From: Candidatus Staskawiczbacteria bacterium RIFOXYC1_FULL_38_18
GTDB lineage: Bacteria > Patescibacteriota > Minisyncoccia > Minisyncoccales > Staskawiczbacteraceae
NCBI GenBank assembly: GCA_001822095.1
Contig: MHPP01000024.1
Span: 1 to 48,961, forward strand
DNA: 48,961 nt
Reading direction: 5' to 3'
Below are positions 9,602 to 19,278 of the stretch, one piece after another. The first letter of the stretch is position 1. Every line of letters begins with the position of its first letter. The notes beneath the pieces were generated by a model that did no database searches, was not told where the DNA came from, and saw only the letters and a program-made list of their open reading frames with translations. The translations under genes were made by a program, and so were the position numbers.

Positions 9602-10177
9602 GTTTATCTTGAAAAACTTCTTATATTCCCCATCCTCCCCAATATCTTCAACCACCAACATTCTTATCTCTTTATCTGATAATCCAAAGAATGATTTTAG
9701 TATTTTTACTTCTTTCGCGCAGTTATATGGAATTACCCATACGCTTTTTTGCAACATAGTAAATCCCATGCTTATCAATTTTCCCCTCAACGCTTCTCTG
9801 TGCAATCTTTTTAGCTCGGTTATGTCAAACAACAGCACCCTCCATTTTCCATCCCACCTTTTTGGCTTGTTTATTTTTAAATTATCTACCTGCATCCATC
9901 CAGCTTTTTTCTTTCCTTTTTCGGTTAGAGAAACAAAGATTTGATTATTTTTTTCGTAAAAATTTACATATCCTTGTTCTTTAAGCCTATAAAAAGTGTC
10001 ATATACTTTTTTGCTTTTATACTTTTTCAAATCCTTAAAAACGCGTAATAAATTTTGTATAAAAAAGGGCGAAGTGGCTGCAATAGTTATCATTCCACCA
10101 AGCAATAATCCGGCCAGAATACATCCTGTTATTTCCGATGACTTTTTAAAACAATAATTATTTCTTTTAATATTCAT
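9599..10177 (-). CDS. PaaX-like wHTH plus Cas2-like ferredoxin-fold protein
   Basis: YRLKEQGYV...SLTEKGKK (wHTH); WDGKWRVLLFDITE...REALRGKLISMGFTMLQKSVWV (PaaX central/Cas2-like domain). Confidence 0.85.
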   Translation of the reverse strand: MNIKRNNYCFKKSSEITGCILAGLLLGGMITIAATSPFFIQNLLRVFKDLKKYKSKKVYDTFYRLKEQGYVNFYEKNNQIFVSLTEKGKKKAGWMQVDNLKINKPKRWDGKWRVLLFDITELKRLHREALRGKLISMGFTMLQKSVWVIPYNCAKEVKILKSFFGLSDKEIRMLVVEDIGEDGEYKKFFKIN

Positions 10178-10236
10178 AGCAAAAATTATTAAACATTATT
10201 AAGCGCAACGTTTATTAATAATACCACAACAAAACC

Positions 10237-10279
10237 ACTTACTCTATATACCTGCGATAGCATTTATATAACGTAATCA
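10237..10279. repeat. 43-bp direct repeat, copy 2
   Basis: ACTTACTCTATATACCTGCGATAGCATTTATATAACGTAATCA; 41/43 identical to copy 1. Confidence 0.92.
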
Positions 10280-10361
10280 ATAAATTTTGATTGCTTGACA
10301 ATTTTATTTTATTATCATAATGTATTTGTAGTACCTCCTCACCCGTTACAAGGAGCCAAAA

Positions 10362-10664
10362 ATGGCGAAGCTAAAAATGAAAATGGCGATGTTGCTGATT
10401 CCGGCGGACGAAGTCATGAGCGACTTCTGCTACAACTTTGCCCGAACGCTCCTCAAAAAGCTAGTGCGTCTTGTCGCAGAAGACCGCGTATTCAAGGACA
10501 AAGTAGGCTCTCGCGGAAAGCTTACCGATATCGCATACGCAGTACTCCGTGCCCTTAGAAATCAGGTCAACCCTGCTACCGGGACTTCAACGATTTTTGA
10601 CAGAAAGGAGTTTGACGAATTCATGGCAACTGCCGATGAATTCCTCGCCATTTTCGAGGCCTAG
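10362..10664 (+). CDS. Orphan hypothetical protein
   Basis: TTGACA 10295, AAGGAG SD, terminator 10713-10747. Confidence 0.7.
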   Translation: MAKLKMKMAMLLIPADEVMSDFCYNFARTLLKKLVRLVAEDRVFKDKVGSRGKLTDIAYAVLRALRNQVNPATGTSTIFDRKEFDEFMATADEFLAIFEA

Positions 10665-10753
10665 ACCGACCAGCTCAAACACAACGCCTGGTCGTACTAC
10701 GGCCTAACGCAAAAGCGTCCCAATTTTATCAGGACGCTTCTTTTTTTACATTT

Positions 10754-13459
10754 TTATTTTTTGGATTTTGCCAGCCTTTGGATATTTGGCGCCTTAGGAA
10801 GAATCTTTGGAGTCACAAAAGTAATTTTGCCCTCATTTGCATCAATCAAAACCCTATTACCTTCTGCAATTTCATTGGTAACAATTTTAATTGAAAGCGG
10901 GTCCAAAATTAACTTCTGGATTATTCTCTTTAAGGGGCGTGCGCCCAAATTCGGGTCAAAACCTTCTTTTACCAAAAGCTCTTTTGCCTTGTCGGAAATT
11001 TCAATCTTTATTTCTTTTGCCGCCAATCTCTTTTCAACTTTTGACAGCTCCAGGTCAACAATTTTCATTATCTGCGCTTTTTGCAGATAGTTAAAGATTA
11101 CAATCTCGTCAATTCTGTTTAGAAACTCAGGCCTAAATCCTTCTTTTAAGGACTCAAAAACTTTTTCCCTCATTGATTCCCTCTGGGCAACATCTTCTGA
11201 GGTGCCAAATCCGATAGACGACATTTTGTTGATGTAGTCAGACCCCATATTTGAAGTCATAATAATTATTGTGTTTTTAAAAGAAACCATTCTGCCCTTT
11301 GAATCCGTCAGCCGGCCGTCTTCAAAAATTTGCAATAAAATATTAAAAACATCGGGGTGCGCTTTTTCAATTTCGTCCAAAAGCAAAACAGAATACGGCC
11401 TTCTTCTTACTTTTTCTGTTAGTTGCCCGGCTTCTTCATATCCAACATAGCCAGGGGGCGAGCCGATAATTTTTGAAACAGTGTGACGTTCCATATATTC
11501 AGACATATCCAGCCGTATTAGCGCTTTTTCATCGTTGAACAAAAACTCTGCCAAAGCTCTTGCTGTTTCTGTTTTTCCAACTCCTGTTGGCCCCAAAAAA
11601 AGAAAAGATCCAAGGGGCTTGTTTTCTTCTGAAATACCTGCCCTTGCCCTGCGTATTGCTCTTGAAATTGCTGAAATTCCCTCGTCCTGCCCAATTACAC
11701 GCCTGTTTAAAACATCCTCCATTGCTTCTAATTTTTTTGATTCTTCGGTAACCAGTCGCATAACAGGAATTCCTGTCCAGCGCGAAACAACTTTGGCAAC
11801 TTCTTCTTCTGTAACTTCTTCTTTTAAAAATCTGTCTTCTTTTTGAATTTTAATAAGTTTTTGCTCGGTTTCAGAAATTTCTTTTAGCAATTCGGGAATT
11901 TTTCCATATTTTATTTCAGCAACTTTTTCCAAATCAGCTTCCCTCTGCGCAAGTTCTGTTTGATGCGAAAGCGCCTCAAGCTTTCGCCTGGCGTCTTTTA
12001 TTTTGTTAATCAATTCTTTTTCGGCTCCCCACCTTAACCTCAACGATTTTGTTTTTTCGTTTAAATCGGCCAACTCTCTAGCAATTATTTTTAACCTCCT
12101 TTCGCTTCCTTTTTCTTTTTTTAACGCCTGCTTTTCAATTTCGAGTTTTGTAATTTCTTCGTTAAATGTTTCGAGTTCCTGAGGGTCAGACTCAATTTCC
12201 AATCTTAGGGCGCTGGCGGCCTCGTCCATTAAATCAACTGCTTTATCGGGCAAAAACCTGTCGGCAATATATCGGCTTGCCAAATCAACAGCGGCTTTAA
12301 TTGCGGAATCTTTTATTCTTACCCCGTGGTGAACTTCATATTTTTCCTTAATTCCGCGTAAAATTGCGGTAGCGTCGTCAATGTTGGGCTCTTGCACATA
12401 AATGGGCTGAAACCTCCTTTCCAAAGCAGGGTCTTTTTCAATATACTTTTGATATTCTTTTAAGGTTGTTGCTCCAACTGCTCTTAATTCTCCGCGGGAC
12501 AAAGCCGGCTTCAACAAATTTGAAGCGTCAATTGCGCCCTCGGCAGCTCCGGCTCCCACCAGCGTGTGAAGTTCATCAATAAACAAAATGTATTTTCCCG
12601 AAGCCCTGTGCAATTCTTTCAGCAAAGCTTTAATTCTTGTTTCAAATTCCCCGCGGTATTTTGTGCCTGCAATAATTGCCCCCAAATCCAATGAAATAAC
12701 CTCTTTGTCCTTTAAAAATTCAGGCACGTTTCCTCTTGCAACTCTTTGGGCAAAACCCTCAACAATTGCTGTTTTTCCAACCCCCGCTTCTCCAATCAAA
12801 ACAGGATTATTTTTTGTCCTGCGGGAAATTATCTGCATCAACCTTCTTATTTCGTTATCTCTGCCAATTATGGGGTCAATTTTTCCGGCTACAGCCAAAT
12901 CAGTTAAATTTCTTGTATATTTTTCAATTACCTGATATTTTGATTCGGGCTCCGGGTCTGTAATTCTCTGCCCGCCCCTTAACTTCGCCAAAACTTTTAA
13001 AACGCCGTCGTAATCCAGCCTTGAAGTTTTTAGATTATTAACTTCGCCCGACGATAAAAAAGAAATCTTCTCCAAAACATCTTTTGCTGTTGACTTTGTA
13101 TCCAATAAAGCCAAAAACAAATGTTCAACAGAAATAAACTCATCGTTCATTTTTATTGCCTCCTGCCTTGCCTTGTCTAAAACCTTTGCCATATCCTGCG
13201 TAAGATAAAACTGCCCGAAGGCTTGCGGGGTTGAAACAACGGGAATTTTAGAAATTTGCGCCTCAACTTTCTTCTTTAAAACATCTGCATCAACTCCCAT
13301 TTTTTGCAAAATTGTTGCAATAATGCTTTGTTCCTGGTCAATTAAAGCCAAAAGCAAATGCAGGGCGTCTATCTGCGATTGCCCTTTTTCCTGCGCCAAT
13401 TGCTGTGCCTGCATTAATGCATCTTGGGCTTTGTTTGTAAAATTATTTCCTCCGTTCAT
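10754..13459 (-). CDS. clpB: ATP-dependent chaperone ClpB
   Basis: Clp N domain, two AAA+ modules ([16 protein letters not shown]), long coiled-coil middle domain. Confidence 0.95.
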   Translation of the reverse strand: MNGGNNFTNKAQDALMQAQQLAQEKGQSQIDALHLLLALIDQEQSIIATILQKMGVDADVLKKKVEAQISKIPVVSTPQAFGQFYLTQDMAKVLDKARQEAIKMNDEFISVEHLFLALLDTKSTAKDVLEKISFLSSGEVNNLKTSRLDYDGVLKVLAKLRGGQRITDPEPESKYQVIEKYTRNLTDLAVAGKIDPIIGRDNEIRRLMQIISRRTKNNPVLIGEAGVGKTAIVEGFAQRVARGNVPEFLKDKEVISLDLGAIIAGTKYRGEFETRIKALLKELHRASGKYILFIDELHTLVGAGAAEGAIDASNLLKPALSRGELRAVGATTLKEYQKYIEKDPALERRFQPIYVQEPNIDDATAILRGIKEKYEVHHGVRIKDSAIKAAVDLASRYIADRFLPDKAVDLMDEAASALRLEIESDPQELETFNEEITKLEIEKQALKKEKGSERRLKIIARELADLNEKTKSLRLRWGAEKELINKIKDARRKLEALSHQTELAQREADLEKVAEIKYGKIPELLKEISETEQKLIKIQKEDRFLKEEVTEEEVAKVVSRWTGIPVMRLVTEESKKLEAMEDVLNRRVIGQDEGISAISRAIRRARAGISEENKPLGSFLFLGPTGVGKTETARALAEFLFNDEKALIRLDMSEYMERHTVSKIIGSPPGYVGYEEAGQLTEKVRRRPYSVLLLDEIEKAHPDVFNILLQIFEDGRLTDSKGRMVSFKNTIIIMTSNMGSDYINKMSSIGFGTSEDVAQRESMREKVFESLKEGFRPEFLNRIDEIVIFNYLQKAQIMKIVDLELSKVEKRLAAKEIKIEISDKAKELLVKEGFDPNLGARPLKRIIQKLILDPLSIKIVTNEIAEGNRVLIDANEGKITFVTPKILPKAPNIQRLAKSKK

Positions 13460-13561
13460 GTTTATATTATTATAAATAAATATTAACTTTTTATTACTAA
13501 CAATACCATATTTTTATTACATTTTCAAGATAAAAAAAGCTTTGCGGTATTACCGCAAAGC

Positions 13562-13870
13562 CTAGTGTACGCTGATTTGGGACTTGTCGTCGATCAAATA
13601 AAAACTATTAAAATTTATTTTCGGGTCACGACACACATGCGCAAGCTCTTCTAACTCCATTTCCCTAAACTCGCATTCGCAGATGTCTATGTCATTTGCC
13701 TCCGCGTAGCCCATAGCAAGTGCTTTAGTATCAAAAACAAAAGGAACCTGACGTTCACCTCCGCAGAGAATCTTACCATTACACAGCATTACTGTGTAAG
13801 GCTTTACATTAATTCTCGTTAAAGGCTTTACGCTACTTTTGACTCTTCTGTGCCCCATCATTTTTTGCAT
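13562..13870 (-). CDS. Orphan hypothetical protein
   Basis: GGGAGAG SD; TTGACA-N17-TATATT promoter; terminator 13532-13561. Confidence 0.65.
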   Translation of the reverse strand: MQKMMGHRRVKSSVKPLTRINVKPYTVMLCNGKILCGGERQVPFVFDTKALAMGYAEANDIDICECEFREMELEELAHVCRDPKINFNSFYLIDDKSQISVH

Positions 13871-13899
13871 TTTTCTCTCCCAGTAAAGGTACTAAAATA

Positions 13900-13960
13900 A
13901 ATATAGCACGGGTTAAATTTAGTGTCAACTATTGACATTGAGACTTGTATATGATATAAT
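13900..13960. promoter_or_regulatory. Back-to-back divergent sigma70 promoters
   Basis: Plus strand: TTGACA(13932)-N17-TATAAT(13955) with extended TG. Minus strand: TTGACA(13928)-N17-TATATT with extended TG. Confidence 0.8.
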
Positions 13961-14016
13961 TAATATATGGGGTGAATTCTAAAATCCCCTTAAAAAATCT
14001 ACAAAGGAGACCTGTA

Positions 14017-14343
14017 ATGTACATCGCGGTTGTGGCGGTTGAGCTGGCCATCATTTGCGTTTGGCAGATCTCTGTAATCTGTCAGCTCAAATGGGAGCTG
14101 GAGGCAAAGGAAAGAGCTGTGTGCAAACCAACTCTGCCCGTTTCTCTGTCTTCTTTTCCCGACGGCACATACCAGCGGGAAGTAGATCCTTACTTAAGGG
14201 TCTACAGAGAGATCCATGACATGAGCGGGCAAGTCATGGTTGGGCAAGCCAATCCTGGAGAGCTCCTATTCCAAAAAATTCTGGTCGAAAAAGGCCAGGT
14301 AATAGGAATTGAGGTTCTTCCCCGCCGACGGAGCCGGCGATAA
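14017..14343 (+). CDS. Orphan membrane-anchored protein
   Basis: AAAGGAG SD before ATG 14017, N-terminal TM, terminator 14359-14406. Confidence 0.65.
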   Translation: MYIAVVAVELAIICVWQISVICQLKWELEAKERAVCKPTLPVSLSSFPDGTYQREVDPYLRVYREIHDMSGQVMVGQANPGELLFQKILVEKGQVIGIEVLPRRRSRR

Positions 14344-14544
14344 ACACAACTCCAATATATCCAGCGCGATTCGCCTAAAAAACGGACGCGCTGGAATCCT
14401 TTTTTCAAATCATTAGTCGAATAACGAATAACTATCAATTTTCTTTAGTGATTTGAAAAAAGGATTTTGCCGGATCCTAAAAATTTTACAAAAAAAGACT
14501 GCTTCGGCAAAAGCAGTCATGGAGCCAACGCGGAGGATATCGCA

Positions 14545-14739
14545 ATGGCAATCGTTTTCGAGCGTGTTGACGGTCGGCTGGTGACGGTTCCGCAGATTCT
14601 CGCGCAAGTCGTTGCGCAGACCGACGAGATCGTCAAGAAGCCCAAACACCATGTTAAGGTCGCCCCGGAGCACGCTCCCATGGGAACGCGGTATGGCAAC
14701 CGCGGGGCGGAGAAGAAGCGGATGCTTCAACTCGCCTAG
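14545..14739 (+). CDS. Small orphan protein (64 aa)
   Basis: GGAGG SD before ATG 14545; terminator 14772-14804. Confidence 0.55.
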   Translation: MAIVFERVDGRLVTVPQILAQVVAQTDEIVKKPKHHVKVAPEHAPMGTRYGNRGAEKKRMLQLA

Positions 14740-14804
14740 GCCCAGCGACCCACGACGAACAACTACAAGAGAGCCCACCACTAACAATGGTGGGCTAAAT
14801 TTTT

Positions 14805-14828
14805 ACCCTTCGACAGGCTCAGGGCAGG
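14805..14828 (+). repeat. REP-like element, intergenic copy
   Basis: ACCCTTCGACAGGCTCAGGGCAGG; 23/24 identical to the reverse complement of 38133-38156. Confidence 0.8.
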
Positions 14829-14866
14829 CAAAAAAAGTGGCCAGGAAAACTGACCGCATAAGAGGC

Positions 14867-15139
14867 TTAATAGCCCCAAGAAAAAAAATCGTGCGCATCT
14901 TCAAAATCATGAATGTGCCGGCTATAAAATATATTTCCGCGCTGGCACTTTTTGACTCCGGGTTTTCTGCCAAAAACAAGAACGTCCAGCTCGTCTTCTA
15001 CAACCCCCAAGGCGGCAAGAACAACCCCGTCCCCGTTATGGGTTTTTTTCACCCTAACTTCAAATCCCCGGCCAGCTAAGTCTAACGCAACATGGCTTGC
15101 TGCTTGCTTGCCTGCGTTTTTTTCCATAAGAACAATCAT
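14867..15139 (-). CDS. Stand-alone ferredoxin-like/ACT-like domain resembling the type Ibeta DAHP synthase N-terminal regulatory domain
   Basis: MIVLMEKNA...HVALDLAGRGFEVRV...VVLAALG...PGVKKC fits the beta-alpha-beta-beta-alpha-beta pattern recalled for the AroF N-terminus; GGGAGG SD; 90 aa, no catalytic barrel. Confidence 0.65.
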   Translation of the reverse strand: MIVLMEKNAGKQAASHVALDLAGRGFEVRVKKTHNGDGVVLAALGVVEDELDVLVFGRKPGVKKCQRGNIFYSRHIHDFEDAHDFFSWGY

Positions 15140-15165
15140 GTTTTCCTCCCAAATTTTCAACGAGC

Positions 15166-15258
15166 AAAAGAAAAAACCCTCTTCTACGAGAAGGGGGCTT
15201 GTCTTAATTTTTAATTTATAATTTTTAATTCTTAAACATTAAAACAAATCTCCTTCTC
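15166..15258 (-). promoter_or_regulatory. Transcription attenuator: antiterminator (15258-15238 pairing with 15208-15188) overlapping terminator (15200-15166)
   Basis: GAGAAGGAGAUUUGUUUUAAU pairs with AUUAAGACAAGCCCCCUUCUC (17 WC, 2 GU, 2 mismatches); terminator GCCCCCUUCU-CGU-AGAAGAGGGU then UUUUUCUUUU. Confidence 0.8.
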
Positions 15259-15318
15259 AAAGGGGCTAAAATAAAAGAAAAACCAATTATTTAATTTAAG
15301 ATTGTTTTGCTTGCTCAT
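15232..15318 (-). CDS. Aromatic-amino-acid leader peptide (28 aa)
   Basis: MSKQNNLKLNNWFFFYFSPFEKEICFNV, six consecutive W/F/Y codons; promoter TTGACA(15356)-N16-TAGACT upstream. Confidence 0.75.
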   Translation of the reverse strand: MSKQNNLKLNNWFFFYFSPFEKEICFNV

Positions 15319-15482
15319 GTTATATTTTAGTCTACCAAAACAAAAACTCTTGTCAATGGTATAATTATTGTTTGACTTTCTATATTGATATGGTATTATT
15401 ATCAATTGCTGAATTTCTCGGCAACCCGCAATGCGGGGCACATTTACATCTCTAAAACCCTTAAAAAGGGAAGGAGACAGTC

Positions 15483-16847
15483 ATGAGTAAACAGAAGGTT
15501 TTGCCGTCTGTAATGGGATTTTACCATGAGGACGGACACGTTCCTGCTTGGAAGCAGACAACAAGGTTCATTGGTAAGGATGGTAGGATTGGGGTTCTCC
15601 CGGACGTTATCGAGGCTCGTCTTGCGACAAAGCCAGGTGAAACGCCTTGGGAAACATATTTTACCACCCTCACTGCCGAGTATCTCGGGTTCAGTAAAGG
15701 GGGCACGAGAATCCTGATTGTGGCACACGGAATCGGACCGATGTCTACACTCGATGGCATTCTCAAGGTCTACAGCTACGAGTTCAAGGACAAGGAACGC
15801 AACAGGCGTGGAGGCAGGATTTCGCATCAGGAATTTCTTGATCTGGAGTCCGGCAAGTACGGAGAAGTTCAGATTGTGGACTTTGATGCTTACTGCCTTC
15901 GCTATCAGTATCCGTTTCTTCAGCATCTACGATCTTCGCAGGCGTTGGTAGATCCTGTGCTCAGGGCTCGGCTTGGTGCACAGGCAGAAAAGTACGTGCA
16001 AACGCACACTGCCTATGCACGGAAATGGCACTGTGAGCAAGCTGACATTGACCCCGAGAATCCTTACAAGCTTCCCAATCACGAGCAGTTTCTCACCAGG
16101 CGGGCTCAACAGCACGCACGGGACGGGGCGGAATACTCCGATCCATTTATTGTCGAGGTCGGAGGACCGGCTAACTGTTGCTATACCTTCGGCCCCGAAC
16201 ACGGACATCGGCCGATCGAAGAAGGTATGGCGTTTGCGCATCTGATTTCCATCGGTGGCCTCTGCAACATGCATCACGAGGGCAATGAAAGCCTCGTGTG
16301 TGATGTGGGTTGCCACGAGTGGTGGAATGGCGTTCGGCTACTGGGCATTCGGAAGAACGCCAAGCTGGATGGAATTCACCAAGGCGCTCGAGCGTACGAT
16401 CTCCTTCGGAAACACTGGAAGTTTCTCATGAAGCCGGTGAAAGAAGTCCAAGTTCACAATGGCTTCTGCCACATTCTTTCAGTGGGAGATTCTTGGTTCA
16501 CGGACTATCCAAAGCAAGGGGCTTCAATGGATAACTGGGAGCCGGAATTCCTTGTGGAGTCTGTCGAGAACGTGGGAACCCCCGTGCTTTTCAAAACGAC
16601 CATCGGAGGCTACCACGGATTCTTCCGATACGACATCAGGGAAATCAAAAGGATTGCTCCGCTGGAAGCGAATGCTTACAGCTTCACGGATGAACCTCAA
16701 TGCATCTGGGAAGGTGGCAATCCGAAGTATCACACAAGGACTGTTCAGTTCCACCGGATCGTCTTCGATCCTTCCCAACGTCTGATTCGGGTCTCGGAAC
16801 TCGTCAACGATTACGAGACGCTGATGGCGCTCGTCGCTAAAGGCTAA
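15483..16847 (+). CDS. Hypothetical protein, 454 aa, GC-richer than backbone
   Basis: Long ORF, AAGGAG SD, terminator 16863-16900; no family recognised. Confidence 0.85.
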   Translation: MSKQKVLPSVMGFYHEDGHVPAWKQTTRFIGKDGRIGVLPDVIEARLATKPGETPWETYFTTLTAEYLGFSKGGTRILIVAHGIGPMSTLDGILKVYSYEFKDKERNRRGGRISHQEFLDLESGKYGEVQIVDFDAYCLRYQYPFLQHLRSSQALVDPVLRARLGAQAEKYVQTHTAYARKWHCEQADIDPENPYKLPNHEQFLTRRAQQHARDGAEYSDPFIVEVGGPANCCYTFGPEHGHRPIEEGMAFAHLISIGGLCNMHHEGNESLVCDVGCHEWWNGVRLLGIRKNAKLDGIHQGARAYDLLRKHWKFLMKPVKEVQVHNGFCHILSVGDSWFTDYPKQGASMDNWEPEFLVESVENVGTPVLFKTTIGGYHGFFRYDIREIKRIAPLEANAYSFTDEPQCIWEGGNPKYHTRTVQFHRIVFDPSQRLIRVSELVNDYETLMALVAKG

Positions 16848-16917
16848 AAAAGGTTTTCAAACATGGGCTATGCTCTCCGGAGCACAGCCCATTTTTATTT
16901 ACTGCGACAATATTTAT

Positions 16918-18261
16918 TTACGAGCTTCTTTCGCCAAGCGTAACGTCAACGCTTATTTCTTTGCTATCTCGTAAAACTTTTAAAGTAATTTTTTCTCCCG
17001 GGCTGTATTTTTGGATTATTTTTGCCATTGAATTATTTTTTGTAATTTTTTCTCCATTTATTTCTAGAATAACGTCATTTTCTTTAATTCCTGATTTTTC
17101 AGCGGCAGACCCCGCAGTAATAGCCGATTCTCCATTTGATCCCCTAACCACAAAAGCGCCTGTATCCGCTAAAAGGTTGTATTTTTGTTTTACCGCCTCA
17201 TCAACCAAAACATATCTCACTCCCAAAAATGGGTAAACAATTTTATTTAAGGAAGAAACCTGCTCTATATCTTTTTTTGCGGCATTTATGGGGATTGCGA
17301 AACCTATGCTTTGGGCTCCCTGCGCCATAGCCGTATTAATTCCAATAACCTCCCCCCTTAAATTTACCAGCGGGCCTCCGGAATTTCCCGAGTTTATTGC
17401 CGCATCTGTTTGTATTATCCCCTCCAGCGTTTCCGAAAAAGAACCTGCCTGGTCAGAAGCCGAAATTGTTCTGCCAAGCCCGGAGACTATGCCCACAGAA
17501 ACCGTGTTGGTAAATTGTCCCAGCGCGTTTCCAATTGCAACAACCGTCTGGCCTGTTTGTATGCCCGAAGAATCGCCCAGCACAACCGGCTTAAATACGC
17601 CTTGCGCGGTTAATCCTGCTTGCGCGGGCAGTTTGGCTTGTATTCTAATAACAGCCAAATCTTGCACGGGATCTAGCGCCAAAACTTTAGCTGTATATTT
17701 TTCTCCTTCATTTGTATAAACCGTATATTCGGCTTTTTTGTCAGAAACAACGTGCTTATTTGTTAAAATCAGGCCGTCGGCCGAAACAATAAATCCCGAC
17801 CCCGCCCCAACCTCCTGTAATTCAGTGCCTTTTTGCACATACTGAGGAATCTGCAAATCAAAAGGGGAATTTTCGCCAAAAGGATTTGTAAATTGCTGTT
17901 CATAAATTGGCACATTTTTTGAAATAACAATGCTGACAACCGACGGCGATATTTTTTTTGCCGCATCTATTATTGCCTGCTCATAAGAAATGTCAGATTT
18001 ATATTCGCCAACGGGAGCTTGGTTTATATTGTTTGGCGAAGCCTGGCGGGCAATATTTGTTTTTTCCAGAAAAGAATTTATTTGTAAAGGAAAAAACTGC
18101 AGAGCAATAACGCTGGCCACTGCAATAATTATGCAGCCCGCAACAAACAAAGAAAACCTCCGCCAGCCGGCGGACCAAAAAATTCGGCTCTTAAAAAATT
18201 TTAAAATTTTTTTGAGGCTGTCCTTTATATCCAACAAATTTGATTCTGGTAACTCGTACAT
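16918..18261 (-). CDS. HtrA/DegP-family serine protease (trypsin domain plus PDZ)
   Basis: GSGFIV, TNKHVV, DLAV, QTDAAINSGNSGGPL; one PDZ; N-terminal TM. Confidence 0.93.
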   Translation of the reverse strand: MYELPESNLLDIKDSLKKILKFFKSRIFWSAGWRRFSLFVAGCIIIAVASVIALQFFPLQINSFLEKTNIARQASPNNINQAPVGEYKSDISYEQAIIDAAKKISPSVVSIVISKNVPIYEQQFTNPFGENSPFDLQIPQYVQKGTELQEVGAGSGFIVSADGLILTNKHVVSDKKAEYTVYTNEGEKYTAKVLALDPVQDLAVIRIQAKLPAQAGLTAQGVFKPVVLGDSSGIQTGQTVVAIGNALGQFTNTVSVGIVSGLGRTISASDQAGSFSETLEGIIQTDAAINSGNSGGPLVNLRGEVIGINTAMAQGAQSIGFAIPINAAKKDIEQVSSLNKIVYPFLGVRYVLVDEAVKQKYNLLADTGAFVVRGSNGESAITAGSAAEKSGIKENDVILEINGEKITKNNSMAKIIQKYSPGEKITLKVLRDSKEISVDVTLGERSS

Positions 18262-18279
18262 AGTGGAATTTTTTAATTT

Positions 18280-18981
18280 TTAATTGTCTTTATAATGATT
18301 AAACTTATAATTAAATATATCCGACCTTACCGGGCCTATAAAAAAGGTGTAAAGCTCCGACAAAAGGTATTTAATTGTTGTTGTCGCCCATCCGTCTTTT
18401 TTAAACCTTCTGTCCGAAATAAATACTTGCGCCGATCTTATAATGCCAAACTTGCCGTGCTCTGCCGCTCTCGCCCCAAAATCTCTGTCTTCAGATAATT
18501 TTAAGGTTTCGTCGTAGCCCTTTGTTTTATCAAAAAAATCCTTTTTTATTAAAACCCCAATAATGGAATATGGGGTTATCTTTTCCAGCATAACCACCAT
18601 TTTATTGTAAAAGTCCAACATAAAGTGGAATGCGTTTTCTTTTGAAGGGGAATCAAAACAAAAACTTGCAAAATCCAGCTTTCTCAAATTAAATTCTTCC
18701 AAAGATTTCTTCAAAAAATCATCCGGCAAAACAGTGTCGGCGTCCAAAAAAAACATTATTTCTCCTTTTGCAATTTTTGCCCCTGCGTTTCTGCCTCGCG
18801 CGGGCGCTCCGCCCCGTGTTGTTACGCACCCGTACTTTTTTGCAATTTCCAAAGTTTTATCTTTTGAACCTGCGTCAGCCACAATTATCTCGTAATCTTT
18901 AAAATCCTGTTTTTTTATGGACTTCAAAAGCATGGGCAGATAATCTTCTTCGTTTAAGGTTGGAATAATGATACTTAACAT
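18280..18981 (-). CDS. Glycosyltransferase family 2
   Basis: SIIIPTLNEE, VADAGSKD, FLDAD, SED motifs; likely ATG 18981. Confidence 0.9.
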   Translation of the reverse strand: MLSIIIPTLNEEDYLPMLLKSIKKQDFKDYEIIVADAGSKDKTLEIAKKYGCVTTRGGAPARGRNAGAKIAKGEIMFFLDADTVLPDDFLKKSLEEFNLRKLDFASFCFDSPSKENAFHFMLDFYNKMVVMLEKITPYSIIGVLIKKDFFDKTKGYDETLKLSEDRDFGARAAEHGKFGIIRSAQVFISDRRFKKDGWATTTIKYLLSELYTFFIGPVRSDIFNYKFNHYKDN

Positions 18982-19001
18982 ATTAAAGTTGTAATTTAAT
19001 T

Positions 19002-19265
19002 TCAAACTTCATCTTGCCCGTTAATTTTTAAAATAATGGCATACAGTAATATTACGAATAGAAAAGAGGTAATATTTCCCAATAAGTTATTAAAAAAATC
19101 CGGCATAAAATAATTTAAATTCAGGATATTAAAATAATTAAGGATATTTACGTTTTTAGACACTATCGCAAAAATAAAAAGAATTACCATGTGAACTATA
19201 GCCGAAAAGAGCATTAACAAAAACAGCGCGTTAAGATATTTATTTTTTACAATTTTTATTTTCAT
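19002..19265 (-). CDS. Small membrane protein
   Basis: Two hydrophobic helices, within operon. Confidence 0.7.
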   Translation of the reverse strand: MKIKIVKNKYLNALFLLMLFSAIVHMVILFIFAIVSKNVNILNYFNILNLNYFMPDFFNNLLGNITSFLFVILLYAIILKINGQDEV

Positions 19266-19278
19266 TATAAAAATATTT

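Noticed and set aside
9559..10279. CRISPR array or bona fide cas2 locus
   Set aside because: Only two repeats separated by a whole gene, and no cas1 or other cas genes; reported as a repeat-flanked gene instead.
15307..15494. Leader peptide and divergent 454-aa protein both start MSKQ
   Set aside because: Codons differ and similarity stops after four residues; probably chance.
15444..16785. Many overlapping alternative-frame ORFs within the 454-aa gene
   Set aside because: Expected in GC-richer sequence; no SD or recognisable motifs.
13500..16900. Prophage or integron
   Set aside because: No integrase, phage structural genes or attC-like repeats; orientations are mixed.
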